From Promethearchaeota archaeon (lineage in GTDB: Archaea > Asgardarchaeota > Lokiarchaeia > Sigyniarchaeales > Promethearchaeaceae): DNA of 32,000 nt. How positions within the stretch are numbered: the stretch's first letter is position 1; the number at the start of each line of letters is the position of its first letter. The notes under the pieces are model-generated. The model was not told where the DNA came from and did no database searches. It saw nothing but the letters and a program-made list of their open reading frames with translations. This document shows, one piece after another, positions 8,427 through 16,756 of this stretch. The DNA lies in NCBI GenBank assembly GCA_016933055.1, contig JAFGBS010000014.1, forward strand, positions 150,001 through 182,000. Direction: 5' to 3'. Made by a program: the position numbers and the translations under genes.

Positions 8427-10016
8427 TTGACTGAGGATCCTAGTAAATATACTGAAGATGACTGGCATAAGCTCTATACAGAAGAAACTGGTAAGAAGGC
8501 AATATGGGGAGGTAAAATCACCAAACTGTATTTAACTTGGTTACAAAATAAAAAACAAGAGCTCGGTTTGGTTGATGAAACACCAAAATCAAAAGGGTCT
8601 ACTAAAAAAACTAAAGAATCATCTACAATCAAACCAGAACCTTCAACCAAAGAAAAGCCGAAACTAAAAAAAAAGGAAGTAGAAACTGAACCTATTGCCC
8701 AAAAAAAATCTGAAGAAAAACCAACTGAAAAATCAAAATCAAAGAAGAAGAAAGGGGAAAAAGGATCAAGCCTCCAAGCAGAAACGAATGTTGGTATGGT
8801 GGGGCATGTAGACCACGGAAAAACAACGCTTGTTGATGCTCTTTCGGGTGAATGGACAGATAGATATCAAAAAGAAAGAGAACAAGGTATAAGTATTAAA
8901 TTAGGATATGCTAATTGCGTAATAGCTTATTGTCCAAGTTGTGATAAGTACGTAACCTACCATCTTGCTAATGCTTTAAAAAAAAAGAAACAAAAACGAA
9001 ATACTTGCCCCGATTGTGCAGGAGAATTGACTTTTTGTAGGAAAATTAGTTTTGTGGATGCCCCCGGGCATGAAATCTTGATGGCTACTATGCTTAGTGG
9101 AGCAAGTTTAATGGATGGGGCATGTTTATTGATTTCGGCAAGCGAAAAATGCCCTCAACCTCAAACACGGGAACACTTAGCAGCTCTAGATATTTCTGGT
9201 ATCGATAAAATTATCATTGTTCAAAATAAGATTGATATGGTATCAAGGGAACGAGCAATTGAAAACTATAAAGAAATTAAGAAATTCATTAAAGGAACAA
9301 TTGCTGAAAATGCTCCAATAATTCCTATTTCTGCAATTTATAAAATCAATATCGAGGAAGTCCTTCGAAAGATTCAAGAAATAATTCCGACCCCCGATTT
9401 TGATGAAAACAAACCCCCACAATTCCATATAGCTCGAAGTTTTGATGTTAATAAACCCGGTACAGCGATAGAAGAACTAAGAGGAGGAGTGGTTGGAGGA
9501 TCAATTTCCCAAGGGGTGTTACAAATTGGAGATAAAATCGAGATCCGTCCTGGAATAAAACGTAGTAATAAGTTTGAGCCATTAAAAACCAATGTGACCA
9601 GTATTTATCAAGGTGATATACCTTTAGATTCTGCACACCCCGGTGGATTGATTGCGATCGGAACAACTTTAGATCCCTCATTAACAAAAGCGGATAATTT
9701 AATTGGGAACCTTGCTGGTATCATTGATAATCTTCCCGATGTTCAAAATCAATGTGAAATCGAAGTGCATCTTCTCGATAAAGTCTTAGGGGCTGAAGAA
9801 GAGATTGAGGTAACTCCCTTAAAAATTGGAGAACCAATGCTTTTAGTAACAGGCACATTATTGACCGCGGGTATCATCCAAAAGATTGGAAAGAAGAACA
9901 GAGTAGCTTTTAATCTCAAAAGACCGCTCTGCGCGGAAGTTGGAGCTACTGTGGCTATCAGTCGCCCCATTCGGAAGAGATACCGATTAATTGGTTACGG
10001 TATCCTCCGAACATAA
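8427..10016 (+). CDS. eif2g: Translation initiation factor 2 subunit gamma (aIF2-gamma) with ~116-aa N-terminal extension
   Basis: QAETNVGMVGHVDHGKTT (G1), GISIKLGY, a Zn knuckle CPSC..CPDC, SFVDAPGHEILMATMLSGA (G3), PQPQTREHL, QNKID (G4), PISA, RSFDVNKPG, GGVVGG and RYRLIGYG. TTG start. Confidence 0.96.
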   Translation: MTEDPSKYTEDDWHKLYTEETGKKAIWGGKITKLYLTWLQNKKQELGLVDETPKSKGSTKKTKESSTIKPEPSTKEKPKLKKKEVETEPIAQKKSEEKPTEKSKSKKKKGEKGSSLQAETNVGMVGHVDHGKTTLVDALSGEWTDRYQKEREQGISIKLGYANCVIAYCPSCDKYVTYHLANALKKKKQKRNTCPDCAGELTFCRKISFVDAPGHEILMATMLSGASLMDGACLLISASEKCPQPQTREHLAALDISGIDKIIIVQNKIDMVSRERAIENYKEIKKFIKGTIAENAPIIPISAIYKINIEEVLRKIQEIIPTPDFDENKPPQFHIARSFDVNKPGTAIEELRGGVVGGSISQGVLQIGDKIEIRPGIKRSNKFEPLKTNVTSIYQGDIPLDSAHPGGLIAIGTTLDPSLTKADNLIGNLAGIIDNLPDVQNQCEIEVHLLDKVLGAEEEIEVTPLKIGEPMLLVTGTLLTAGIIQKIGKKNRVAFNLKRPLCAEVGATVAISRPIRKRYRLIGYGILRT

Positions 10017-10040
10017 TGGAATAATAATATAACACTATTT

Positions 10041-10550
10041 CTAATCCATCGCGTATTTTTTTGTGTAATCACGAGCTTGCTTATTGAATCGTTCAGGAGA
10101 CCTCAATGCTTGCTCTCCCGCTTCATGATTCAATGGATCACCAGGATTGTAAAAAGGAGGTTCCATATGAATCATTGCTCGAAGAGCTTCAATAATATTT
10201 GTCAAAGTTTTCGCCGGAGTCCATCCGCTTGCACCAGTGGTCTGATCTACCTTTCCAACAAGATCTGGATTAATGAGATCTAAGCAAATATTCAATTTTC
10301 CAGGGGGGATGGATGGATCAATGTTTGGATGCCACAAAAGTGTATGACAATAAGCATAAGGGGGACTGAAAGGATAATTTTCAGGTAATTTTATCTCAAA
10401 AATGAATTTACCCCCCTTATATGGTGTATTAGGTAGTCCTTTGATCGTCAATCGAATATGATCAACTGACATACCCCATGGTTCAATTAAAACTTCTTTA
10501 TTAGAATTAAAAGCTTCTACAGATTCTTGATAATCAGTTTCTTCGCGCAT
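10041..10550 (-). CDS. Ubiquitin-conjugating enzyme E2 (UBC fold)
   Basis: GLPNTPYKGGKF, LPENYPFSPP, WHPNI, ICLDL (catalytic Cys89), GWTPA, NPGDPLNHEAG and the C-terminal ARDYTKKYA all follow the UBC consensus. Confidence 0.95.
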   Translation of the reverse strand: MREETDYQESVEAFNSNKEVLIEPWGMSVDHIRLTIKGLPNTPYKGGKFIFEIKLPENYPFSPPYAYCHTLLWHPNIDPSIPPGKLNICLDLINPDLVGKVDQTTGASGWTPAKTLTNIIEALRAMIHMEPPFYNPGDPLNHEAGEQALRSPERFNKQARDYTKKYAMD

Positions 10551-10721
10551 TTTGCTCGCTTTTTTTCTTTCTTGTTGAAAGATTATAATTGGAGTCCTTA
10601 ATGATTTTTGCCAATCTATACTACCAAGTTATGGTAAGTGAGAAAATCCAAAATACAACAAAAATAATTAGCGAATAATAAATAGGTTTCTTGGTATTAA
10701 TGATACTTAGGTCAAAACATC

Positions 10722-11657
10722 ATGGCAAATGGAGTTCTCATATTCAAAATTGTAGGCAACACACGCCCAGAGATCATCGCAAAATATAATGACGATGGAT
10801 TTGATAGCAATCTTGCTCGTAAAATCGCAAACAAACATACGATTTATGGAGAGGAAGCCCACCCAAAAGATATGTTATCGTATCGCACTGACGAAAGTAA
10901 ATACTATTCTATATATATAACTCAAAATGAGAAGAACGAGAACGTATTTCTAGTCTTTATTTTAGATTCCAATGAATCTATTGCGCCGTTTTCTATCATG
11001 CTTAGCGAGTTACGAGAGTTTATAATACTGAGCTTAAATAAATCAGAATCTGTGCTGAAAGATGCGATAAAACATATTTTAGAAGAGCGAAATGATTTAA
11101 TACAAGATGTAAGAGATGTTAAGCGTCTGCAAGAAAGAATCGTAACTAAAGCAAATGAGTTATTAGATGAGAAAAATTTTGAAAAAACTCAAGAAATGAT
11201 TAAAAGAGCAAATGAAATACCTCCAAAAATCGCTAACTTGTGTAAAAAAGCAGATCAAGCCTTTCATGATCAAAAAAACTACCGTCAAGCTCAAAGATAT
11301 TATAAAGAAGCCAGCAATTTAGCCAAGAAAATAAAACAAAAGTCAATCTCTAAACTATTGGAACAAAAAGCAAAACGAGCAGAAGAGATCCCCCAATTTG
11401 CTAAAAATTGGGCAATTACTTATGATCAAATAGTTAAACCCCTTCGTAAGATTGAGAAAAGGGATCACGATTATTACCTTAAACCCATTAAGTTAATTAA
11501 TCGAGCCATAGAAATTTCCGATTTTCTAGAAGAGGATAAAACCATAGAGGATTTGCAGAAATTGGCTGATTATCTAGAACGTGCAAATGATCTAATGGAA
11601 GAAGTAGATGCAATTGATGAAAAAATCAAAGAAGTATTGATAAAAATTAAGAGATAA
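10722..11657 (+). CDS. Putative longin/uDENN-like domain fused to helical (TPR/MIT-like) region
   Basis: The N-terminal ~125 aa has the beta-beta-alpha-beta-beta-beta-alpha pattern of longin domains (GVLIFKIV..PEIIAKY..LARKIANKH..LSYRTD..YYSIYI..VFLVFIL..helix). The rest is amphipathic helices with TPR-like pairs (KKADQAFHDQKNYRQAQRYYKEASNLAKKI). The fold call is inference. Confidence 0.6.
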   Translation: MANGVLIFKIVGNTRPEIIAKYNDDGFDSNLARKIANKHTIYGEEAHPKDMLSYRTDESKYYSIYITQNEKNENVFLVFILDSNESIAPFSIMLSELREFIILSLNKSESVLKDAIKHILEERNDLIQDVRDVKRLQERIVTKANELLDEKNFEKTQEMIKRANEIPPKIANLCKKADQAFHDQKNYRQAQRYYKEASNLAKKIKQKSISKLLEQKAKRAEEIPQFAKNWAITYDQIVKPLRKIEKRDHDYYLKPIKLINRAIEISDFLEEDKTIEDLQKLADYLERANDLMEEVDAIDEKIKEVLIKIKR

Positions 11658-11662
11658 AAGAG

Positions 11663-14600
11663 TTATTTCTCAAACAGAATTTTTTCTTCTTCAAAAACTG
11701 GGATGATTTGTAATAAACTCCATGCACTATTGATCATAGAACTATAATTGATAGCCCTCGCATCAATATATAAGCTCAATAATTTTACTGGAAAGGTTTC
11801 TTTTAACACCTTTTCTGCAAAACCAATTCTTCCGAGGAAGTTATATAAGTATGATTTAATAGGATCGATTGTTACTGATGATTTCAGTAAACTCAAGGCG
11901 CCCAATAATACTAGCACACTTACAGTATCATAATCTCGCTTAGCGGTTTGGTTAATTGCTAAATCAAAATACTCGGATGCAGCTTTCTGATATTCTTTAT
12001 TCTTTAGAGCCTCCAATAGATTGCGATATACTAGCCGTTTTAATGCATTTCGCTTTCTGAATGAATCTTCCAGGCGTTCTTTATCCTCTGCTTTTCTTTT
12101 ATTTAAAATCGAAAGTTGTTGTTTCTGTAACACCATAGATTCAGTTTCTTCTTGTTTTTTCTCAAATTGGATTTTATTTATTTCAGTTCTCTTACTTGGG
12201 CTAATTTCATTAAGTAATAACCCTCGCTCAACATCTAATAATGGAAGGTATTTGTAAAATGCTTCTAGGATCAAATCTACTTTTTCTTCGTCTTGAAGTT
12301 GGTGAGAGACTAATAAAGCTTCGAGAAGTTTATATTCTGGTTTATTTTGGATGATATCTCGGGGCAATGGGACCTCCATAATGGTTTTTTCAAGATTACG
12401 TTTTGCTTCCAATCTTTTTCCCACTTTAAGTAAGCAGATTACCCCCATCATTAAACTGATTGGGAAAAATTCCTCGTGATCGTTTTTTATTAGGAGATCT
12501 ATACTATTGAAATATTCTCTTGCTGCATCCGTATAATTTTGGGTTCTGATATTATTATTAGCGTCTAACCAATATTTATCAAGAAGTGTTCCTCGCTTTA
12601 TCGACGAGATTTCCTTGGTTTTCAGTTTTTCAATGTGTTTATTGATTATGACCTCACTTATATGGGAAGGATCGAATTGATCTGGCTGGACTTTCTCTCC
12701 TTCTCTTTTATCAGGTTTGACTATTTCATGCAATGCATTTTTCTCTTCCCGAAACAGTGCTAAATTTTCAAATAATTTAATCGCTTGCAGATGAATTGAC
12801 TGATCTGGATAATCCAACAAGGTAATGATGAAATCAACCACTTGGGAAACAAAACCTTGAGTTCTATTATATTTTTTGCGTAAAGGAATTAATCCCTCTT
12901 TATTTTTTAATATGAAAAATAGGATTGTGATGACCGCAAGATCAATCTCAGCTAAATCCATTTTTCTTTGACTGAGTAATGATCCCATTTGTTTTTCATA
13001 GCCTTCTAGTGCTTTATCATAATTCTTATTATCCAATAGGTTCAAGAATTCTTGGTAATTTAATCTTTTATATCCTTGACGACGAGATAATGTGTCTTGT
13101 TGTCTTAACAATTCTTCTTGTGCCATCTGTCTGAGACGAGAGAGTTTTTCTACCATCATATGAATCTCTTCATCTCTCATTTTTTCCGCTTTTCTCTCCT
13201 TGTTAATTTCCTCCTCAATAGCATCAATCTTTTTGTGGATTCTCTTTTGAATGCCTTTATTTTTGATTTTACTATTTATTAAAGAAGTTTCACTTAATTC
13301 TTTTAAAATATCTTTCAAGAAAGCCTCATCAAGCCCGAGTTTACTACCTGTTGAATTTGTCAATTCTTTTTCTTTCAGTTTGTTTTCCATTTGTGAAAGA
13401 TGGCGTTGAGCAATTTCCTCTAATATAAAATCATAATCCAGAGGATCCCTCTCTGATAACCTTTGATATACCATTTCTGCTTGTTTAAGCAAATCCAGAA
13501 CAGTTTGTGCTTCCTCCAAACCCGAAGAAGTAGCGAGTAGCTTTTTTGCTCTACCAGTGAGAAATTTTACATATAATCTTTCCAGATCCTTAGTTTCATC
13601 ATATAATAAATGATTTCGATATAATTTTGCGTAATTTTCTAATATCTGGTTAACTTTGTCTAATGATTCCTCACTTTCTGTTAAAATTTCAATTTTATTT
13701 TGAATTTTACCGATGCTACGCTTTAGATAATCCTCCCGTGTTTCATTTCGTAGATTTATCATTTCGTGAAGAAATGGTAAAAACATTCCTGAATCTAAAT
13801 ATAAATCCAGTAAATGAATCAATAGTTCGTTATTGATCTTAGCATGTCCTACATTTTTGAACCAATCTGCACGTTTTTTAATTTCAGAAGTTGCTTCTAA
13901 TATTTTATCCGCTTTTTTTAATTCCTCGATCTGTCTATATAATTTTTCATTAGCTTGGATAAATTCAGTTTTTTCTTTTTCTACATATTTCTTTAATACA
14001 GAAATAGCATTAGTGTAATGAGTTATTGCCGAATCAATACGATTTTTGCGATATTCTTCTTCAGCAGATTGTCGTAATTCTGTTAATTCTTTTTGAATAG
14101 GATATGACTGTACATAATTGATCAATTTATCCACAATCGAAAATTGGTTTTTGTTCAGAAATAGTATGGCAATACTGCGTATACTATCATCTACATCCTC
14201 TCGATCAATGTGGAAGGTCTCCCAAATGTTGAATAACTCTTCAAGAGTAAGATTTGCTGAATCAGGATCATTTTCCTTAATATATTGATTTAGTAAAATT
14301 CTGAGTACAATGACAATTTTCTCACCCAGTATTTTAATTTCATCGAACAACCCCATCCTTTGATACTTATCTATTGTAAAATACAATTGCCCTTTTACAA
14401 TATCATAACGTTTTTCTTCAATTAACCGATCCACTGCTCTTGCTATACCTGGAGTTAAGTCTTGCATTAATTCCTTTTGTTCTTTGAAGTCCAATTTCTC
14501 CATCAATTGGAACGCATTTTGAAATTCAGTTGAGGTAATCCACGTAGTTATTGCTAATTTTAGGGACTTCTCAGCTAGCTCTTCATCATTTAGTTCTATA

Positions 14601-15436
14601 GATGCGTATAAATATGCTTTCTCAAACTTTTCTGCTGCTGTGTGATATCTTTTCATATTGAACAGGCGGGATCCTTGATGAACAAGATTTTCTACATAGA
14701 TACGGACAAATTTCTCAGAATAAACACTAACTCCTTGTAACACAGTGGACGCTTTCAAATATTCTCCCGATTTATAATATAACCATGCAGCTTGTTCTGC
14801 ATTTATGAAATAATCTTGTTTTGAGAACTTTTTCTTCATGTTGGTTAAAATTTCAGCAAGATTCCCCGCATCCTCATATCGTTCATCTACAAGCAACCGA
14901 TTGATTTTTTCCATGAAAAAGGGAATTCTCATCCATGCAGTTTCTACGTTAATAGGGATATTTCCAGTTATCATTGCTTCCGAAAGACATTCTAATACTT
15001 CATAAAATGTATTTTTCGAATAAAAATCAAACACAAATGCCTCAATGAGATAATTTTCCCATATGTATTCTAACAGGAAGTTGGATGGAACATAAATTAA
15101 TCCGCTGCGAGTGTAGAACACCACAATAATAGGTATAGTTCGACCCAATTTCTGAATAATATCTATTATTAATTCGAATAACTCAAATTGTTGCACATCG
15201 TTAGGATCCAAGAAGTATAAAATGCCATCGGAAGTAGGAATAATACTGTCGAAATCAACTGTAGAACTTAATACAACATCAATATCAATAACAGCTTGAT
15301 CTGTTCCCACATTAACTCCTCTATTCCACCGGGAAATCTCATGATCCTTAAATTGGTGGTTCAATTTTCCTGTTTTTATCAATTGTAGACCAAGATTTGA
15401 ATCACCTAAACTCAGTACTTTGAAGATATACCTCAT
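11663..15436 (-). CDS. Large protein: degenerate small-GTPase-like N-terminal domain + TPR/alpha-solenoid + three C-terminal repeats
   Basis: The N-terminus YIFKVLSLGDSNLG mirrors Rab-type YxFKxxxxGDxxxG, and FDSIIPTSDGILYFLD and IPIIVVF follow small-GTPase strand order. The G1 Lys/Ser, G3 Gly and NKxD are absent. The remainder is helical with TPR-like units (AEQAAWLYYKSGEYLKA, LFNMKRYHTAAEKFEKA). Confidence 0.7.
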   Translation of the reverse strand: MRYIFKVLSLGDSNLGLQLIKTGKLNHQFKDHEISRWNRGVNVGTDQAVIDIDVVLSSTVDFDSIIPTSDGILYFLDPNDVQQFELFELIIDIIQKLGRTIPIIVVFYTRSGLIYVPSNFLLEYIWENYLIEAFVFDFYSKNTFYEVLECLSEAMITGNIPINVETAWMRIPFFMEKINRLLVDERYEDAGNLAEILTNMKKKFSKQDYFINAEQAAWLYYKSGEYLKASTVLQGVSVYSEKFVRIYVENLVHQGSRLFNMKRYHTAAEKFEKAYLYASIELNDEELAEKSLKLAITTWITSTEFQNAFQLMEKLDFKEQKELMQDLTPGIARAVDRLIEEKRYDIVKGQLYFTIDKYQRMGLFDEIKILGEKIVIVLRILLNQYIKENDPDSANLTLEELFNIWETFHIDREDVDDSIRSIAILFLNKNQFSIVDKLINYVQSYPIQKELTELRQSAEEEYRKNRIDSAITHYTNAISVLKKYVEKEKTEFIQANEKLYRQIEELKKADKILEATSEIKKRADWFKNVGHAKINNELLIHLLDLYLDSGMFLPFLHEMINLRNETREDYLKRSIGKIQNKIEILTESEESLDKVNQILENYAKLYRNHLLYDETKDLERLYVKFLTGRAKKLLATSSGLEEAQTVLDLLKQAEMVYQRLSERDPLDYDFILEEIAQRHLSQMENKLKEKELTNSTGSKLGLDEAFLKDILKELSETSLINSKIKNKGIQKRIHKKIDAIEEEINKERKAEKMRDEEIHMMVEKLSRLRQMAQEELLRQQDTLSRRQGYKRLNYQEFLNLLDNKNYDKALEGYEKQMGSLLSQRKMDLAEIDLAVITILFFILKNKEGLIPLRKKYNRTQGFVSQVVDFIITLLDYPDQSIHLQAIKLFENLALFREEKNALHEIVKPDKREGEKVQPDQFDPSHISEVIINKHIEKLKTKEISSIKRGTLLDKYWLDANNNIRTQNYTDAAREYFNSIDLLIKNDHEEFFPISLMMGVICLLKVGKRLEAKRNLEKTIMEVPLPRDIIQNKPEYKLLEALLVSHQLQDEEKVDLILEAFYKYLPLLDVERGLLLNEISPSKRTEINKIQFEKKQEETESMVLQKQQLSILNKRKAEDKERLEDSFRKRNALKRLVYRNLLEALKNKEYQKAASEYFDLAINQTAKRDYDTVSVLVLLGALSLLKSSVTIDPIKSYLYNFLGRIGFAEKVLKETFPVKLLSLYIDARAINYSSMINSAWSLLQIIPVFEEEKILFEK
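11666..13090 (-). repeat. Three tandem ~125-135 aa protein-level repeats (aa ~783-905, ~944-1078, ~1125-1257)
   Basis: Matching starts KRLNYQEFLNLLDNKNYDKALEGY / DKYWLDANNNIRTQNYTDAAREY / KRLVYRNLLEALKNKEYQKAASEY. Matching hydrophobic helices end in FILK / CLLK / SLLK, and matching ends are LALFREEK / LPLLDVER / IPVFEEEK. Confidence 0.75.
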
Positions 15437-15636
15437 GGATTTATCGCCTTATATTATGAACAAATTATTACGTTTTAGATTTTTCGTTCCTTCCACAAAT
15501 GTCTGTCAACGATCTTATTATCTCTCGTGTCCCTATAAAACTTCCAACTATGTATTCTACTTCTCAAGAAATATGAAGTTTTTAATAGCTGAAAGAAAAT
15601 ATTCCAATAAGTAAAGATTGGAGATTGAGTTAAAAA

Positions 15637-16059
15637 GTGTCAGCAGATAATGAAACTTTAGCTATTATTATGAGTATTGAAAAAAATCTATTATTCCCGG
15701 AAGAAGTCAAAAATAAACTTCTAGAACAAGGTCATAATGTAGTAGTTGTAGTCCCAAAAAATGCTAAAAAAGTTGTAATGTTTCCCACAAGTGCGAATAC
15801 AGGTATTTACGCCAGAATTGATATACAAAAAGGTTCCCAGCTGACTGATGCATTTTTTCCTGAACTACCGAAAGTATTGAGTAAGTTCCAATTAAAGACA
15901 TTATTCACAACAGGAGTATGTTTACACACTGAATTATGCTATTGGGAGGGAATTTTTGAGTACCGAGAAGGATTGGTAGTTGAGGATTTACGTTCTGCAC
16001 TAATGAATATTAAAACAGTAGAATCGGTCAAAATGACCATTCTGGCTCCATTTGTATGA
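15637..16059 (+). CDS. Small hypothetical protein with ACT-like C-terminal domain
   Basis: 140-aa ORF immediately upstream of a regulator. Alternating strand/helix pattern with FTTGVCLHTELCYWEGIF (two Cys and a His). The ACT-like call is inference. Confidence 0.55.
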   Translation: MSADNETLAIIMSIEKNLLFPEEVKNKLLEQGHNVVVVVPKNAKKVVMFPTSANTGIYARIDIQKGSQLTDAFFPELPKVLSKFQLKTLFTTGVCLHTELCYWEGIFEYREGLVVEDLRSALMNIKTVESVKMTILAPFV

Positions 16060-16081
16060 AATTTTTCACTTGAGGGGTACT

Positions 16082-16756
16082 ATGACAAAATCTAAAGAAA
16101 ATTTATTACTACTTCACCCTACACGGTGGTCAATATATAAGATCATCTGTGAAAATCCGGGAACCTATTTCTATAAATTAATGGGAGAAGTATCAAATTA
16201 TTCCGATAAAGCCTCTTCTGCCACAATCATTTATCATCTAAAGAAACTAAATGAAGAAAAATTGCTGCGCACCGAAAAAGTTGATGGTAAACGTATTTAT
16301 TTTCCCACTAATTTACGATCGGCAGAAATTGAACGAATATTCATGCTATTGCAAAATGAAAATGCACGACAAATTTTTCAATATATAATTAATAATGATC
16401 GCCCGTTCCAGAATGAGATTGCACGAGAATTAGATGTCCACCATGATACGATCAATTATCATACCTCCCATTTGGAGGATGCGGGATTAATTGTAAAAGA
16501 AAAAGAGGGTAAATTTACTCGATTCCGGGTAGCGGATTTGGGGGAACAAATCCTTAATGGAAGCCTAAATATCATCACTGAGCAATATGTGAACTTTATT
16601 TTCTCAAAATTATCCAGTTCTTGCCATTTCCCTGAGATATTAGAAAAAACTAGAACTCATTTAAAAATTCGGGTGATTTGCCCGGACGAGGATGATATTG
16701 AACTAACTATCTCACTTAATGACTTTCAAGTATCTTTTATTTCCGAGATGTCATGA
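16082..16756 (+). CDS. Tandem winged helix-turn-helix transcriptional regulator (ArsR/MarR-like)
   Basis: Two wHTH units: HPTRWSIYKIICENPG..TIIYHLKKLNEEKLL..DGKRIYF and NENARQIFQYI..QNEIARELDVHHDTINYHTSHLEDAGLIVKEKEGK. The start is likely ATG 16082 (GAGGGGT upstream), although the ORF track starts at 16052. Confidence 0.85.
   Translation: MTKSKENLLLLHPTRWSIYKIICENPGTYFYKLMGEVSNYSDKASSATIIYHLKKLNEEKLLRTEKVDGKRIYFPTNLRSAEIERIFMLLQNENARQIFQYIINNDRPFQNEIARELDVHHDTINYHTSHLEDAGLIVKEKEGKFTRFRVADLGEQILNGSLNIITEQYVNFIFSKLSSSCHFPEILEKTRTHLKIRVICPDEDDIELTISLNDFQVSFISEMS

Noticed and set aside
8978-8986. A9 homopolymer in aIF2-gamma as a slippage or phase-variation site
   Set aside because: The frame is intact and the run simply encodes a poly-Lys stretch. 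Similar A/T runs are common in this AT-rich sequence.
8427-10016. Translational GTPase near selD could be the Sec elongation factor SelB
   Set aside because: The motifs (MATMLSGA, PQPQTREHL, RSFDVNKPG, Zn knuckle, RLIGYG) are diagnostic of aIF2-gamma, and there is no SelB C-terminal extension.
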